From positions 12,417 to 76,416 of the forward strand of contig QHUL01000069.1 of assembly GCA_003222115.1 (NCBI GenBank): DNA of 64,000 nucleotides. The letters run 5' to 3'. The notes beneath the pieces were generated by a model. The model was not told the DNA's origin. It saw nothing but the letters and a program-made list of their open reading frames with translations, and ran no database searches. The translations under genes were made by a program, and so were the position numbers. This document shows, in pieces, positions 7,694-22,643 of the stretch; the first letter of the stretch is position 1; each line of letters starts with the position of its first letter. The stretch is from Gemmatimonadota bacterium. GTDB taxonomy: Bacteria; Gemmatimonadota; Gemmatimonadetes; Gemmatimonadales; GWC2-71-9.

Positions 7694-9177
7694 CGGCTGC
7701 CCGCCGCCGCCCAATGGAGCGCCGTTGCGACCGCCCGCCGCCACTCGGCTTCCCGCGCCCGTGCCGCCGGCGCCCCGTCGCCCGGGAGAAAGCGTTTGAA
7801 CTTCCGGCCGGCGAGGAAGTCCTGGAGCGAGCGCCACACGCCCGCGCCCAGCCCCGCGAGGGCGGCGGCGCCGAGCGCGGTGGTCTCGACCACGTCCGGC
7901 CGCGCCACGGGCACTCCCAGGAGGTCCGCCTGGAACTGCATCAGCCAGTCGTTCGCGGCCGCGCCGCCGTCGACCTGCAGGGCATGAAGGTGAAGCTTCG
8001 CTTCTCCGGTCATCGCCTCGAGCACGTCCTTCGTGCTGAACGCCATCGCCTCGAGCGCCGCCCGGGCGAGGTGAGCCCGGGTGGTGCCGCGGGTCACGCC
8101 GACGATCGTGCCGCGCGCGCGCGGCTCCCAATGGGGGGCGCCGAGCCCCACGAAGGCCGGGACGAAGTACACGCCGCCCGTGTCCGGGACGTCGCTCGCC
8201 AGGCGCTCGGTCTCGGCGGCGTGGCGGATGATCTGCAGGCCGTCGCGCAGCCATTGGACCGCGGCGCCCGCGATGAACACGCTGCCCTCGAGCGCGTACA
8301 CCGGCTCGCCGCGCGCGCCGCAGGCGAGCGTCGTCAGCAGCCCGTGCTTCGACATGGGCCGCTCCGTCCCCGTGTTCAAGAGCAGGAACGCCCCGGTGCC
8401 GTACGTGTTCTTCGCCTGCCCCGGCTCGACGCAGCCGTGGCCGAAGAGGGCCGCCTGCTGGTCGCCCGCGATGCCGGCGACCGGCAGCTCGGTGCCGAGG
8501 TGCTCGGGCTCGCACACGCCGAACGACCCGTTCGAGCTCCGCACCTCCGGGAGGGCCTCGCGGCGCACGCCGAAGAGCCGCAGCAGGTCGTCGTCCCACG
8601 ACCGCGCCGCGATGTTGTAGAGCATGGTGCGCGACGCGTTGGTGTGGTCCGTGGCGAAGCTCTTGCCGTTGGTCAGCCGGAACAAGAGCCAGGCGTCGAT
8701 CGTCCCGAACACGGCGTCGCCCGACGCGACGCGTTGCTCCAGGCCGGGCACGTTGGCGAGCAGCCACTCGATCTTCGTCGCGGAGAAGTAGGGATCGATG
8801 ACGAGCCCGGTGCGCTGCCGCACCAGCGCCGCGCGGCGCTGTTTCACGAGCTGCCGGCAGCGTGCCGCGGTGCGCCGGTCCTGCCACACGATGGCGCGGT
8901 GCAGCGGGCGCCCGGTGGCCCGCTCCCACACGCACACGGTCTCGCGCTGGTTGGTGATGCCGAGGGCCGCCGGCACGACCTGCGCCCGCTGCAACGCCTC
9001 GCGCGCCGCCGCGAGGGTGACGCGGAAGATCTCCTCGGCGTCGTGCTCCACTTCGCCCGGCGCCGGAAAATGCTGGGTGAACTCGCGGTAGCCCCGTCCC
9101 AGCAACCGGCCGTCCTCGGCCACGACGAGCGCGGTGGTGCCGGTCGTTCCCTGATCGAGCCCCAGCACCGCGCTCAC
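7690..9177 (-). CDS. glpK: Glycerol kinase
   Basis: GTG 9177 overlaps the mtnA stop. FGGY kinase motifs LGLDQGTTGT, ITNQRET, WQDRRT, GDQQAALFG. Confidence 0.92.
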   Translation of the reverse strand: MSAVLGLDQGTTGTTALVVAEDGRLLGRGYREFTQHFPAPGEVEHDAEEIFRVTLAAAREALQRAQVVPAALGITNQRETVCVWERATGRPLHRAIVWQDRRTAARCRQLVKQRRAALVRQRTGLVIDPYFSATKIEWLLANVPGLEQRVASGDAVFGTIDAWLLFRLTNGKSFATDHTNASRTMLYNIAARSWDDDLLRLFGVRREALPEVRSSNGSFGVCEPEHLGTELPVAGIAGDQQAALFGHGCVEPGQAKNTYGTGAFLLLNTGTERPMSKHGLLTTLACGARGEPVYALEGSVFIAGAAVQWLRDGLQIIRHAAETERLASDVPDTGGVYFVPAFVGLGAPHWEPRARGTIVGVTRGTTRAHLARAALEAMAFSTKDVLEAMTGEAKLHLHALQVDGGAAANDWLMQFQADLLGVPVARPDVVETTALGAAALAGLGAGVWRSLQDFLAGRKFKRFLPGDGAPAARAREAEWRRAVATALHWAAAGSR

Positions 9178-10196
9178 GGGTCGGTCCCGAAGGGCGGCTT
9201 CACGAGGCCGCGCTCCATGAGGTAGCCCGTCACGTAGCGCGCCGGCGTGACGTCGAACGCCGGGTTCAGCGCGTCCGCCGCGGCGGGCGCGATCGGCCGG
9301 CCCGCCAGCGTCTTCACTTCCTCGACCGGGCGCTGCTCGATGGGAATGCCGTCGCCGTCCGCGAGCGTCGCGTCGATGGTGGTCGACGGCGCCGCACAGT
9401 AGAACGGCACGCCGTGATGGAGCGCCAGCACGGCGAGCGCGTAGGTGCCGATCTTGTTGGCGAAGTCGCCGTTCGCGGCGATGCGGTCGGCGCCCACGAG
9501 CGTCAGGTCGACCTCCGCCTGCCGCATCAGCGCGCCCGCCGCCGCGTCCGCGATCACGGTGCACCGGATGCCGGCGTGCGCGAGCTCCCAGGCCGTGAGC
9601 CTCGCTCCCTGCAGCACCGGTCGTGTCTCGTCCACATACACGTGCACCCGCCGCCCCGCCTCGTGGGCGAGGTAGACCGGGGCGAGCGCCGTGCCGATAC
9701 CGCCGGTCGCGAGCGCCCCGGCGTTGCAATGCGTCAGGACCGCGGCGCCGTCGGGCACGAGCGGGAGACCGGCTTCCCCGATGCTACGGCACATCGCGCG
9801 ATCCTCCTCCCAGATCGCCGTCGCCTCGCTCTTCAGCCGGTCCCACAGCGCGGCGCCTTCGCCGGGCGCTTGCGCGGCCACGCGGCGCATGCGATCGAGC
9901 GCCCACCGCAAGTTGATCGCCGTGGGACGAGCGGCGGCGAGGGGGGCGGCCAGCTCCTCGACCCGCGCCAGGAAGCGCTCGCGCGGAGCGCCACGCTCGT
10001 CCCGGAGCCCCGCGACGAGCCCCATGGCCGCCGCGATCCCGATGAGCGGCGCCCCCCGTACCTGCAGCGTCCGGATCGCCTCGGCCATCGCGGCGGCGCT
10101 TTCGAGGTCCCGCTCGATGTGGGCTTCGGGGAGCGCCCGCTGGTCCACGATGCGCACGGCCCCGCTCCGGGTCCAGGCGATGGCTTGGACGGGCAT
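9174..10196 (-). CDS. mtnA: S-methyl-5-thioribose-1-phosphate isomerase (eIF-2B family)
   Basis: ATG 10196. Motifs RGAPLIGIAAA, THCNAGALAT, VDETRPVLQGARLTAWEL, GADRIAANGD. Confidence 0.85.
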   Translation of the reverse strand: MPVQAIAWTRSGAVRIVDQRALPEAHIERDLESAAAMAEAIRTLQVRGAPLIGIAAAMGLVAGLRDERGAPRERFLARVEELAAPLAAARPTAINLRWALDRMRRVAAQAPGEGAALWDRLKSEATAIWEEDRAMCRSIGEAGLPLVPDGAAVLTHCNAGALATGGIGTALAPVYLAHEAGRRVHVYVDETRPVLQGARLTAWELAHAGIRCTVIADAAAGALMRQAEVDLTLVGADRIAANGDFANKIGTYALAVLALHHGVPFYCAAPSTTIDATLADGDGIPIEQRPVEEVKTLAGRPIAPAAADALNPAFDVTPARYVTGYLMERGLVKPPFGTDP

Positions 10197-10210
10197 GAGC
10201 AAGAAGCTAA

Positions 10211-10319
10211 TGCGGAGTGCGGAGTGCGGAGTGCGGAATGCGGAGTGTAATTGGAAGGTCGCACGGGGAAGCGAGGCCCGCATTCACACTCCGCACTCCG
10301 CATTCCGCATTCCGCATTC
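10211..10319. repeat. Tandem-heptamer hairpin (unit TGCGGAR)
   Basis: Left arm 10211-10247 is five units. Right arm 10285-10319 is CAYTCCG units. Loop is about 37 nt. Lies between divergent mtnA and the enoyl-CoA hydratase gene. Confidence 0.9.
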
Positions 10320-10337
10320 TCGTGGTAGGATTTCCGC

Positions 10338-11120
10338 ATGGAATACCAAACTCTCCTTTTCGAGATCAAAGACGGCATCGCGCTGATCACGATCAACCGT
10401 CCCGACAAGCTCAACGCGCTGAACGACCAGGTGATGGCGGAGCTCGCCGACGTGGCGCAGCGCCTCGCGACGGACGACGTCATCCGCGGGGCGATCCTCA
10501 CCGGAGCCGGCCCCAAGGCCTTCGTTGCCGGGGCCGACATCGGGGATCTCGCCAAGCAGGGCCCGTTCGACGGGAAGGCCCGCGCGCTGCGCGGCCAGGC
10601 CGTGCTGCGGCGGCTCGAGACGTGTGGCAAGCCGGTGATCGCGGCGGTGAACGGCTTCGCGCTGGGCGGCGGGTGCGAGCTCGCGATGGCCTGCCACCTG
10701 CGCATCGCGAGTGAGAACGCCAAGTTCGGCCAGCCCGAACTGAAGCTCGGCATCGCGCCCGGCTACGGCGGGACACAGCGTCTGCCGCGCCTCGTCGGTA
10801 AGGGCGTCGCGTTGCAGCTGATCCTCACAGGCGAGACCATCGACGCCCGGGAAGCCCACCGCATCGGGCTCGTCAACAAGGTGGTTCCGTCCGCCGAGCT
10901 CCTCGCCGCAGCGGAGCAGCTGCTGCGCGCCATCCTCGCCATGGGCCCGCTCGCGGTGCGGCTCGCGCTGGAAGCCGTGGACCAGGGGCTCGAGATGTCG
11001 CTCGACGAGGGCTTGCTGCTCGAAGCGAACCACTTCGGCCTGCTCGCCGCGACGCGCGACATGAAGGAGGGACTGGGGGCGTTTCTGGAGAAGCGGGCCC
11101 CCAAGTTCGAGGGGCGCTGA
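10338..11120 (+). CDS. Enoyl-CoA hydratase (crotonase family)
   Basis: NRPDKLNALN, FVAGADI, AAVNGFALGGGCELAMAC. Confidence 0.9.
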   Translation: MEYQTLLFEIKDGIALITINRPDKLNALNDQVMAELADVAQRLATDDVIRGAILTGAGPKAFVAGADIGDLAKQGPFDGKARALRGQAVLRRLETCGKPVIAAVNGFALGGGCELAMACHLRIASENAKFGQPELKLGIAPGYGGTQRLPRLVGKGVALQLILTGETIDAREAHRIGLVNKVVPSAELLAAAEQLLRAILAMGPLAVRLALEAVDQGLEMSLDEGLLLEANHFGLLAATRDMKEGLGAFLEKRAPKFEGR

Positions 11121-11144
11121 GGCCCACCAACGACTTAGTAAGTC

Positions 11145-11173
11145 TTGCGCTGACAACAACTTCTGAGTATTTT
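11145..11173 (+). promoter_or_regulatory. Candidate sigma70-like promoter (TTGCGC, 17-nt spacer, TATTTT)
   Basis: Read by eye in a locally AT-richer stretch after the hydratase stop. Not validated. Confidence 0.25.
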
Positions 11174-11188
11174 GGGGGGGTTGTCTGA

Positions 11189-13522
<2,334 letters not shown>

Positions 13523-13722
13523 CGCGCCGCGCCTGCCCAGAACTTATGTGATGACAATCACTATGGCGTTCCTGCCACACCCCTCCCCCCTTGACTTCCG
13601 CAGCCGCCGTTCCAAACGTAGGACTCAGCAGACCGAACTAACTCGCTCTCTGGCGAGGTGTTAGGCCCCGTTGCGCCCGCGATCGGCCATCGGGGCCGTT
13701 GTGTCTGCGAGGAGCAGCGGAC

Positions 13723-15555
13723 ATGGCCCTGCATTCCCGCATGGACGGTTTGGACGTGGGCGTCGCCGTGATCGCCCCGGATTGGACGATCGCGCAGTGG
13801 AGCGCGCCCGCCGCCCACCTCACCGGCATCCCCGCCGACCGGATGGTGGGCCGGAACTTCTGGCTCGCGTTCCCCGCCGCGCCGAGCAGCACCATCGAGC
13901 GGCTGCTCCAGGAAGTGCTCCAGGACGGCGTGACGCGCTCGTTCGTCGCTCCGGGACGGAGCGACCTTCAGGGCAGGGTGTTCGAGGCCCAGGTGACGCG
14001 GGGGGCGGGGAATCATCTGATCCTGCGCTTCCGCGAAACGCGGGTGCACGCGGAGCAGGACGCCGGCGCCGGACACCTCCTGACTGCGGTCGATACGGAG
14101 CGACGGCTCTACAAGCAGTTGTTCACCGCGCTGCCGACGCCGGCGCTGGTGCTCACCGTGGACGGTCAGATTCTCGACGCCAACCCCGAAGCCGCGGCGC
14201 TGCTCGGTGTCCCGAATCTCCCCGCCCTCCGCGGGCGCGCGCTCGCGGCTTGGGCGATGTCCGATCAGCGCGCCGCTTTCGCCAAGGCGCTGCGCGACGC
14301 GGTGACGCGCCGCCAGGCGTTCCGGCTGAGCCTCGAGTTCGCGGGGGAGCCGGCGCGCGAGGTGGAGGCGGTCATCGACAACCTGGATCCCGAGGACACG
14401 GTGGCGAAGCTGCTGTTCTTCGCGACCGACGTATCGCGCGAGGTGCTGCTGCAGCAGAAGCTCCTCAAGGCGGACCGGCTGGCGCAGCTCGGCGCCCTCG
14501 TGTCCGGCGTCGCTCACGAGCTGAACAACCCCCTGGCCGCGATCGCGGCCTTCGCGGAGTTGCTCGCCACCGGCGCGGGGGATCCGGATCTCAAGGAGAG
14601 CGGCCAGTTGATCCACATGGAGGCCATGCGCGCCGGGCGGGTCGTGCAGACGCTGCTCGACTTCGCGCGCCAGCGGGCGCGCGTGCGCGAGCCCGTGGAC
14701 CTGCTCGAGGTCGTGGAGCGGGTGCTCGCCCTGCAGCGCAACGCCCTCAAGAAAGCCCGCGTCAAGGTCGAAGTGACCCTGCCGGCCGACCTGCCGGACG
14801 TGACGGGCGACGCGCAGGAATTGCAACAGGTCGTACTCAACGCCGTCGTCAACGCGCAGCAGGCGATCGAGCAGACCGGCCGCCCCGGCAAGCTCTCCGT
14901 ATACGCACGCCGCGTCGACGATCAGGTCGCGCTCGCGTTCGAGGACACGGGGCCGGGAGTGCCGCCCGAGATCCTGGACCGGATCTTCGAGCCGTTCTTC
15001 ACCACGAAGGGGGAGGCGGGCACCGGCCTGGGGCTCGCGATCAGCCTCGGGATCGTGAAAGCGATGGGCGGGCGGCTGTACATGCACAACCTCGAGGGGG
15101 GTGGCGCCCGCTTGAGCGTCGAGCTGCCCACGGTGGCCGCGCCCGCACCGGAGCCCGAGCGGGCGGGGTTCCGCGGCCCGGCGCGGCCGCTCTCGATCCT
15201 CGTCGTCGAGGACGAAGGGAGCGTGCGCCGCGGCATGGAGCTGATGGCCGAACGGCTGGGCCACCGGGTCACGAGCGCCGCGGGGTTCGAGGACGCGCTG
15301 CGCCATCTCCGCGACCGGACACGCTACGACGCGCTGCTCGTGGACGTGCACCTCGACGAGGCGCACACGGGGTTCGACCTGTTCGAGGCACTGCGACTCG
15401 AGGGCCGGGGCCTCGATCAGCACGTCGTGTTCACGACCGGGGACTCGATCTCCCCCAGGACCCGCGACGCCTTGCAGCGCTCCGAGCGCCCGGTGCTCCG
15501 CAAGCCGTTCAATCTCGAGGAGCTGAGGGAGATTCTGGATCGGGTCGCCGGCTAG
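13723..15555 (+). CDS. PAS-domain hybrid sensor histidine kinase with C-terminal receiver
   Basis: H-box SGVAHELNNPLAAI. G-boxes DTGPGVP and GTGLGLAIS. Receiver ILVVEDE...LLVDVHL. Start could also be 13699. Confidence 0.85.
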   Translation: MALHSRMDGLDVGVAVIAPDWTIAQWSAPAAHLTGIPADRMVGRNFWLAFPAAPSSTIERLLQEVLQDGVTRSFVAPGRSDLQGRVFEAQVTRGAGNHLILRFRETRVHAEQDAGAGHLLTAVDTERRLYKQLFTALPTPALVLTVDGQILDANPEAAALLGVPNLPALRGRALAAWAMSDQRAAFAKALRDAVTRRQAFRLSLEFAGEPAREVEAVIDNLDPEDTVAKLLFFATDVSREVLLQQKLLKADRLAQLGALVSGVAHELNNPLAAIAAFAELLATGAGDPDLKESGQLIHMEAMRAGRVVQTLLDFARQRARVREPVDLLEVVERVLALQRNALKKARVKVEVTLPADLPDVTGDAQELQQVVLNAVVNAQQAIEQTGRPGKLSVYARRVDDQVALAFEDTGPGVPPEILDRIFEPFFTTKGEAGTGLGLAISLGIVKAMGGRLYMHNLEGGGARLSVELPTVAAPAPEPERAGFRGPARPLSILVVEDEGSVRRGMELMAERLGHRVTSAAGFEDALRHLRDRTRYDALLVDVHLDEAHTGFDLFEALRLEGRGLDQHVVFTTGDSISPRTRDALQRSERPVLRKPFNLEELREILDRVAG

Positions 15556-15560
15556 TAAAG

Positions 15561-15619
15561 GGCCGGTAAAAGGCCGGGGAAGGGGGAAGGGGTGACCCTT
15601 CCCCGGCCTTTTACCGGCC
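15561..15619. repeat. Hairpin with a perfect 24-bp stem built from GGCCGGTAAAA / GGGGAAG units; probable bidirectional terminator
   Basis: 15561-15584 is the exact reverse complement of 15596-15619, with an 11-nt loop. More CCGGCYTTTNA units follow to about 15641. Lies between convergent genes. Confidence 0.85.
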
Positions 15620-16969
15620 TTTCACCGGCTTTTGACCGGCCGTCAGCTCTTCGACCCCGTCCTTCGTCACCCGATGCGAGACGAGCGGCAGCGGCTTGTC
15701 GGCGAGCCGGTCCCCCATTTCGATGGCGCGCTCCAGTCCCTCAAATCCGAGCTTCACTCCCGCCGCGTCTTTCGCGAACACGGAGGCGATGGGCTCGCCG
15801 GCGAGCACCTTGTCCCCCGGCTTCACGGTGATGACGAAGCCGACGCTCGGGTCGATGACGTCGTCCACCTGACGCCGCCCCCCGCCCATGGCGACAATGG
15901 CCCGGCCGATGGTGCGGGGCTCGACCCGCGTTACCACCCCGGTCTCCCGGGCAGCGAAGATCTCCACTGCCTGGGCCTGCGGCAGCACCGACGGGTCCTC
16001 GAGCACCTTGGGGTTGCCGCCCTGCGCCTCGATCATCCGCTCGAACTTCTCGGCGGCAAGACCCGAGCCGAGCACGCTTTGGAGCTTCTTGCGCGCCTGT
16101 TTGGTGCTCTTCTCGACGCCGGCGGCGAGGAGCATCTCGACCCCCAGGGCGTAGGTCACCTCCATCAGATCCTCCGGACCCTCGCCGCGCAGCGCGAGGA
16201 TCGCCTCTTCCGTCTCGAGCGAGTTGCCGCAGGCCCGGCCGAGCGGGCGATCCATCGCGGTGAGCAGCACGACCGTGGGGCAGCCGCGATCCTCGCCCAG
16301 CGCGATCATCGTGCGCGCGAGCTCCAGGCCGTCCTTGAGGGCAGGGAGGAAGGCGCCGCCGCCCCGCTTCACGTCGATCACGAGGCCCGTGAGCCCCTCC
16401 GCGAGCTTCTTGGACATGATGCTGGCGGCGATGAGGGGAATCGCCTCCACCGTACCAGTGACATCGCGCAGGGCGTAGAGCTTGCCGTCGGCCGGGGCGA
16501 TCTCCGGGGTCTGGCCGATCATGGCGCAGCACAGCTTCATGACCTGCGCCTTGGTCTCGGCCAGGGACAGGCGGGTGCGGAAGCCGGGGATCGCCTCCAG
16601 CTTGTCGAGCGTCCCTCCCGTGTGCCCGAGTCCCCGACCCGACATCATCGGCACCGCGACGCCGCAGGCGGCGACGAGCGGCGCGAGCACGAGCGACACC
16701 TTGTCTCCGACGCCGCCCGTGGAGTGCTTGTCGATACGCGGCGTGGCCCACCCGTCGAACGCGAGGCGCTGCCCCGATGCGAGCATCGCGTCCGTGAGGG
16801 CCGCGAGCTCCGGCCGCTCGAGCCCGCGGAAATAGACCGCCATGAGCAGCGCCGCCATCTGGTAGTCGGGCACGCGCCCTGCCGTGTAGGCGGCGACGAG
16901 GGCGGACCATTCCTCGGGCGTGAGGGCGCCGCCGTCGCGCTTGCGTTCGATCAGCGGCACAACGAACAT
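15611..16969 (-). CDS. deoA: Thymidine (pyrimidine-nucleoside) phosphorylase
   Basis: DKHSTGGVGDK, MSGRGLGHTGGTLDKLE. The last roughly 10 codons (..TAGQKPVKGR) are encoded by repeat units. Confidence 0.9.
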   Translation of the reverse strand: MFVVPLIERKRDGGALTPEEWSALVAAYTAGRVPDYQMAALLMAVYFRGLERPELAALTDAMLASGQRLAFDGWATPRIDKHSTGGVGDKVSLVLAPLVAACGVAVPMMSGRGLGHTGGTLDKLEAIPGFRTRLSLAETKAQVMKLCCAMIGQTPEIAPADGKLYALRDVTGTVEAIPLIAASIMSKKLAEGLTGLVIDVKRGGGAFLPALKDGLELARTMIALGEDRGCPTVVLLTAMDRPLGRACGNSLETEEAILALRGEGPEDLMEVTYALGVEMLLAAGVEKSTKQARKKLQSVLGSGLAAEKFERMIEAQGGNPKVLEDPSVLPQAQAVEIFAARETGVVTRVEPRTIGRAIVAMGGGRRQVDDVIDPSVGFVITVKPGDKVLAGEPIASVFAKDAAGVKLGFEGLERAIEMGDRLADKPLPLVSHRVTKDGVEELTAGQKPVKGR

Positions 16970-16998
16970 TAGCGGCCCCCCTCCTCGCGGAGACGTCG

Positions 16999-17811
16999 AT
17001 GCGCGTTGGCCCGTGGCTCCTCACCCTGGCGTGCGCCCTGCTCGCGGCGCCCGGACCCTTGGCGGGCCAGGCCCACGAGACCGCGGCGCACCACATCGCG
17101 CTCGGGGACACGGCGACCAGGGCGCTCGATCCGCAGACCGCGCTGCGGCACTATCGCGCGGCCCTGGCGCTCGACTCGACGAGCTACGAGGCGCTGTGGA
17201 AGGCGTCGCGCTCGCTCGTCGACATCGCGAAGCAGATCGAAAGCGAGGAGGACTCCCTTAAGCAGCGGCGCGACACTCTGTACATGCAGGCGCGCGCGCT
17301 CGCCGACGCGGCGGTGCGGGCCAACCCGAACGGCGCGGAAGCGCACTTCATGATCGCGAACGCGCTGGGCCGCCTCTCGCTCACGCGGGGCGGTAAAGAG
17401 CGCGTCCGCTTCGCCCGCATCATCTACGACGAAGCCATGAAGGCGGTGAAGCTCGACTCGACCCACGACGGCGCCTACCACGTGCTGGGCTCGTGGAACG
17501 CGGAGATCAAGCGGTTGTCTGGAATCCAGCGGTTCTTCGCCAAAGCGCTGTTCGGCGCCGGATTCATGGACAAGGCCAACTGGCCCGACGCCCAGCGCTA
17601 CCTCGAGAAGGCGGTCGCCTGGAAACCGGGCAACATCTTCCATCGGCTCGAGCTGGCGGAGGTGTACATGGACGTGGGCAGGTTCTCCGCCGCCCGGGAG
17701 CAGCTGACCGCCATCGCCGGCCTGCCCCTCGCGGACGTGCTCGATCACGAGTACAAGGAGGACGCGGTGCTGGATCTCAAGGACATCGCGGGCCAGAAGG
17801 ACAAGACCTAG
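16999..17811 (+). CDS. Secreted helical-repeat (TPR-like) protein
   Basis: ATG 16999. Signal peptide MRVGPWLLTLACALLAAPGPLAGQA. Helical repeats. Stop shares CTAG with the convergent gene. Confidence 0.5.
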   Translation: MRVGPWLLTLACALLAAPGPLAGQAHETAAHHIALGDTATRALDPQTALRHYRAALALDSTSYEALWKASRSLVDIAKQIESEEDSLKQRRDTLYMQARALADAAVRANPNGAEAHFMIANALGRLSLTRGGKERVRFARIIYDEAMKAVKLDSTHDGAYHVLGSWNAEIKRLSGIQRFFAKALFGAGFMDKANWPDAQRYLEKAVAWKPGNIFHRLELAEVYMDVGRFSAAREQLTAIAGLPLADVLDHEYKEDAVLDLKDIAGQKDKT

Positions 17812-19160
17812 CGCCGCCGCATCAGGCGCTCGATCTCGTCGGTGGTGCGCGGCGCCTTGCCCGACAGCCACTCGGCGCCCGCGGCGGTGACCAGCACGTC
17901 GTCTTCGATCCGCACCCCCAGGCTTTCCTGCGGCAGGTAGATCCCGGGCTCGATCGTGAACACCATGCCCGGCTCGAGCCGCTGGCGCCCGGGGACGTTC
18001 ACGTCGTGCACGTCCATGCCGAGGTGGTGCCCCAGCCCGTGAATGAAGTACGTGTCGCAGGTGCGGTCTCCGCACAGCGTACCCGAATGGTCCCGCATGT
18101 AGGTCCGCGCGATGCGGTCGAGGTCGCGCAGCGTGACGCCGGGGCGCACCGAGTCGAAGGCGGCCCGCTGGGTGGCGAGCACCAGGTCGTAGATCGCCTT
18201 CTGGCGCCCCGTGAACCTCCCGTTCACCGGGAACGTTCGCGTGACGTCGGCGGTGTACTGGCCCCACTCCGCGCCGGCGTCGACGACGACCAAGTCCCCG
18301 TCGCGCGTCTGCCGGCGGTTGACGTCGTAGTGCAGCGTGGTCGAGTTCGGGCCGCTGCCGACGATGGACGGGTAGCCCACGCGGTCGGCGCCGTTCCGGC
18401 GGAACCCGGCCTCGAGCACCGCTTCGATCTCGTATTCGTACATCCCCGGGCGGGCCCCCTGCATCGCCGCGACGTGCCCGGCGACGCTGATGTCGATGGC
18501 CGTGCGCAGGCGCGCCAGCTCGTCGGCGTCCTTCACCATGCGCAGCGAATCGGCGACGGGGCGGAGGTTGCGCACGTCGCGGCCCGCGAAGACGAGATCC
18601 ACGACGCGGCGCTCCTCGCGCGTGGCGTCGTCGAGCGGCACGTACACGGGCCCCGGCACGCGCGACTGCACCAGCCGCAGCCGGCCCTCCAGGGAATCGG
18701 TCGGCAGCACGATTGGGATCCCGGAGAGCCGCGCGGCGGTGCTGTCGGGTCCCAGCCGCAGCCCCGTCCAGCGCTCGCGGGCGGGGTTGCGCGGCGGCAG
18801 AAACAGCGTGGTCTCGACCGAGTCGGGCCCGCGCGCGGTCAGCACGATCCACGCGTCCTGCGTCTCGAGCTCCGTGAAGTAGAAGAACGTGTTGTTCTGG
18901 CGGAAGTCGTTGTCCTGGATGTAGTCGCGCTCGACGTCGCGCTCGTGCGCTGCCGGGATGAGGGCGACGCCGTGGTCGAGAGATCGCAACAGCGCCAGGC
19001 GCCGCGCCGCGACGGCCGCGGTGTCCACCGGTCGGCCCATGCCCGGCAGCTCGGGCACGACGCGCCAGGCGCCGATCGGCGGCGCGCCCGAAGCCCGCGC
19101 CTGCGCGACGAGTCCGCCGCCCGCGAGGACGAGCAGCGTCGTGAGCAGCCCGATCCGCAT
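17808..19160 (-). CDS. Xaa-Pro aminopeptidase (M24B), secreted
   Basis: ATG 19160 with a signal peptide. VDAGAEWGQYTADVTRT, HGLGHHLGMDVHD, EPGIY, RIEDD. Confidence 0.88.
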   Translation of the reverse strand: MRIGLLTTLLVLAGGGLVAQARASGAPPIGAWRVVPELPGMGRPVDTAAVAARRLALLRSLDHGVALIPAAHERDVERDYIQDNDFRQNNTFFYFTELETQDAWIVLTARGPDSVETTLFLPPRNPARERWTGLRLGPDSTAARLSGIPIVLPTDSLEGRLRLVQSRVPGPVYVPLDDATREERRVVDLVFAGRDVRNLRPVADSLRMVKDADELARLRTAIDISVAGHVAAMQGARPGMYEYEIEAVLEAGFRRNGADRVGYPSIVGSGPNSTTLHYDVNRRQTRDGDLVVVDAGAEWGQYTADVTRTFPVNGRFTGRQKAIYDLVLATQRAAFDSVRPGVTLRDLDRIARTYMRDHSGTLCGDRTCDTYFIHGLGHHLGMDVHDVNVPGRQRLEPGMVFTIEPGIYLPQESLGVRIEDDVLVTAAGAEWLSGKAPRTTDEIERLMRRR

Positions 19161-19212
19161 GGGCTCCGAAGCTACCGCGCGTCGCGAACGGCGGCAACGC
19201 CGTGCGGCTTGA

Positions 19213-22062
<2,850 letters not shown>

Positions 22063-22075
22063 GTTGGCGTCCCAT

Positions 22076-22639
22076 ATGACCGCCATCCGGAGCGCCGCGC
22101 CAGACGGAATGACCATCGGACGCGGCGCCCTGCGGCAGCTGCGCGAAGGCCTGCTGCGCCACGCCCCGGATCACGCGGTCAACATCCTCCAGCAAGCGGG
22201 GTTCGCCGCCGGCGAGGGCATCTACCGAGCCTTCCAGACCTGGCTCCCGGGGCAGGCCGGGGTCACGCGCCCCGAGGAGCTCGACGCCGCCCAGCTCAAC
22301 GACGTGCTCTCCGCCTTCTTCCAGGCGGCCGGCTGGGGCGCCGTCACCGTCGCCGCGCTCGGCCCCGCGCTGGCCGTGGACTCGCGCGACTGGGCCGAAG
22401 CCGAGCCCGGCACGACCGAGACTCCGATGTGCTTCTTCTCGTCCGGGATGCTGGCCGACTTCCTGGGCCGACTTTCGGGAGAGACCGTCGCGGTGATGGA
22501 GGTGGAGTGCCGCAGCCGCAACGACCCGCGCTGCCGCTTTCTTTCGGCCGCGCCCGAAACGCTCAACGTCGTCTACGATCAGATGATGCGGGGAAAGGGG
22601 TACGCGGACGTGCTCGAGGGAGGGCGGGGGGGAAGATAG
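22076..22639 (+). CDS. V4R (4-vinyl reductase-like) domain protein
   Basis: ATG 22076 (TTG 22064 is in frame). Pattern PMCFFSSGMLADFLG...VMEVECRSRNDPRCRF. Confidence 0.5.
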   Translation: MTAIRSAAPDGMTIGRGALRQLREGLLRHAPDHAVNILQQAGFAAGEGIYRAFQTWLPGQAGVTRPEELDAAQLNDVLSAFFQAAGWGAVTVAALGPALAVDSRDWAEAEPGTTETPMCFFSSGMLADFLGRLSGETVAVMEVECRSRNDPRCRFLSAAPETLNVVYDQMMRGKGYADVLEGGRGGR

Positions 22640-22643
22640 CGCG

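Noticed and set aside
10211-10319. The tandem short repeats considered as a CRISPR array.
   Set aside because: The unit length is 7-11 nt with no unique spacers between units. The arrays come as inverted pairs. No cas genes lie in the window.
9833-10753. Repeat peptides such as PHSAFRIPHSAL and NAECGMRSAECG considered as genuine repeat proteins.
   Set aside because: The same DNA gives such peptides in several frames and on both strands at every hairpin locus. They are by-products of 7-nt periodicity, not conserved coding sequence. The exception is where a flanking bona fide gene reads through them.
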